Source: Lama glama (lineage: Eukaryota). Taken from it: a DNA stretch of 64,000 nt. This document shows positions 62,119-64,000 of this stretch, piece after piece. Positions within the stretch are counted from its first letter, which is position 1. Each line of letters begins with the position of its first letter. The stretch covers positions 9,426,001-9,490,000 of the forward strand of contig CM052832.1 of the NCBI GenBank assembly GCA_028534125.1, in the 5' to 3' direction. The translations under genes were made by a program, and so were the position numbers. The notes below the pieces were generated by a model. The model made no database searches, was not told where the DNA came from, and was given only the letters and a program-made list of their open reading frames with translations.

Positions 62119-63025
62119 TGAAAGAGTCTCCTAGGTCCCTGCCCTCCATCCGGACCCTCCTGGGGTACCTCCTCCAGGCTTCTCCATTAACTGTCTTGTT
62201 AACCTTGAGGAAGGTCAGGACTTTCTGCTTAATTCTCCACCTTCCTCGTTGTTATTCTGAAATAGAGGGAAGGGACACAGTAGCAGAGAGGATAATTATT
62301 CACAGAAAATATTTTTCTTGTTCTTTTTCATAGAATGCCTCTGGAGGGCATTTCTACAACAACCCATGGTCAGAGACCAAAAGGGAAAAAAAAGGCATGT
62401 GGAAAATAAAACAGGATTTTACTCTCCCTTTCCGAGTCAGTGTGGTTCACTGTTTCCTGACAATAACAGACCAGGGACACATCAGAACGCTGTGTGTCAC
62501 GTGCCTTCCACAGGTCAAATCGATGGCTTGGCCATCTAGCATGGAAGTGTCATAAGGCCCTATGAAAACAGACCACGACAGATCTTCATTCTCTGTCCAG
62601 AAGGGGTTCCACAGTATCATGACCGCTTGAGAAGCCTCCTCCCTGCTCTGGGCAGACAGAGCCGCTACAGGGTGGGGCAGCCTGCCTGGGTTTGAGTCAG
62701 TGTCAAGGTCTGCTGGTCTCGAACGAGAGGGAGAAACTCTCCAGACAGAAATCTCTCCTCCCTGTCTTAGCATATTTTTATGTAAGTGATGAGAGGACCC
62801 AGGGTGGGCCAAGGGAACTCCCTGGACCTCAGAATTCCAAGTGTCCGGTGACCAGCCTTGTAGAGACTGTATCCCTCCCCAGAGGCCTCAGTCAGCCACG
62901 AGTGATGCAGAAAAGTTGATCCAGAGTCCAGCCCCTCTCTCCTCTCCTGGCTTGTGGGTTCTATTCATCACTACAAATGCCATTTGGGGACTTTCCCTCT
63001 TTTGCTTTTATTGCCTTAACCCCAG

Positions 63026-63229
63026 ACGAGTGAAGAAGAAGAAGAGGTAGAGGAGGAGGAGGAGGACCCGGAAGAAGACAGGAAGTCCACGAGAGAAGAG
63101 GAGACTGAATTGCTGAAGTCCCCGGAGCCTCCACCAGGCCCGGTCCTGGCTGCTGCAGAGGGGCCACCCCTGCAGGTCCTGGGCCAGCCCTCAGGCTCCT
63201 TCATCTGTGAGATGCCTAACTGCGGGGCT
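63026..63229 (+). CDS. TRERF1: TRERF1 coding exon 12, acidic tract and first half of the second C2H2 finger ([15 protein letters not shown]...[10 protein letters not shown])
   Basis: Acceptor cccCAG|ACG and donor GCT|GTAAGT. 68 codons with no stop. It is missing from the ORF track because it lacks a qualifying start codon. Confidence 0.94.
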
Positions 63230-64000
63230 GTAAGTGTCTCTGCATCCTCCGGGGTCTGGGGCTAGTGAGAACCGCAGGTCCAGCTGTGCCTGGCTTTAAG
63301 AGATGATGCATTTACAGAGGGTGCACTTCTGGCCATGAAGGTTTGGCAGAGGAAGTCCACATTGCCATGGTTTTCTTTCTTCCATCCATTCACTTATTCA
63401 TTTGGCCTGTAGGTATTTCTGGAGTGTGTGATCTGTGTCATGTGCTCGGAGGACACAAGTCCATCCCGCCCTCAGGAAGCATGTGATTGAGGCTCTGCAG
63501 TGAGCCTCAGCCTCCAGAACTTAACTTTATGTTTCTTGGTGCCCCCCACTCCTCTGGGCTGTGTGTCATCCCAGTCCTGCCCTGGAAACGCATTAAATTC
63601 AGTGAGAGAGCCCACTGAGAAACAATCTCGTTTTATGGCATAATTACAAAGATTTAGCTAAAGTTTTATCTTTGTGCTCTTTGGGGGAAACAAAAAGATT
63701 TACTAAGCAAATTAATCATGTAAACAGGCTAAAAGGGTGTCTGTAATTACTTAACGTAGTATTTTCAAGTACGGTAGAAGCATTATTTAGCTAAAATAAA
63801 ACCAAGTCACCATTTGATCGTTCTTAGCACCAAAGGACATATTGGCCTAATCTAGGGCTCCTTGTGTATTTTAAAGGATATACATTTTTTAATTGTTAGT
63901 TTTGGTCCCCCACTGGTCCCCCACTCATCTGAATTATGAGGCTTTTCCCAAAGCAGTTTTCTTAAAGCTGGGCACACCTGTGCAAGCAAGTTCTAGAAGT

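Larger units (their letters stand above)
10083..63229 (+). other. TRERF1: TRERF1 gene, partial (internal span; promoter and last exons outside the window)
   Basis: The spliced translation begins [14 protein letters not shown], continues through a Q-rich region, a C2H2 finger, [20 protein letters not shown]2, SANT and an acidic tract, and matches TRERF1 as I recognise it. The 12 coding exons join in frame with GT-AG introns. Confidence 0.97.

Noticed and set aside
63012..63025. U12-type branch-like sequence TGCCTTAAC before the acceptor, and GTATTC donor at 35392
   Set aside because: The motif is too close to the AG and that intron's donor is U2-type GTGAGT. GTATTCTC does not match the U12 donor GTATCCTT.

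Overview
Mammalian genomic DNA lying entirely inside one + strand gene, TRERF1 (transcriptional regulating factor 1 / TReP-132, an ELM2-SANT and C2H2 zinc-finger corepressor-complex protein). tRNA-Ala-derived, vic-1-like SINEs suggest a camelid. I can place one probable 5'UTR exon (10083-10197) and 12 consecutive coding exons (33970-63229). All have GT-AG boundaries and consistent phase, giving 3042 nt or 1014 codons (1034 with an alternative donor). The promoter and 3' exons lie outside the window. The introns carry ordinary L1, L2, MIR, MLT1, hAT/Tigger and SINE relics, microsatellites and one 100-N gap. Repeat family names and edges are assigned by eye and are approximate. The most notable observations are: (1) a 73-codon uORF formed only by splicing across a 23.5-kb intron, coupled to a 4-codon uORF by an AUGA stop-start overlap, plus a uORF overlapping the main start; (2) one exon with 91 consecutive G/C-ending codons; (3) an array of about 29-nt palindromic units about 1.1 kb upstream of the first coding exon. 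I see no evidence of a prokaryote-type novel system.
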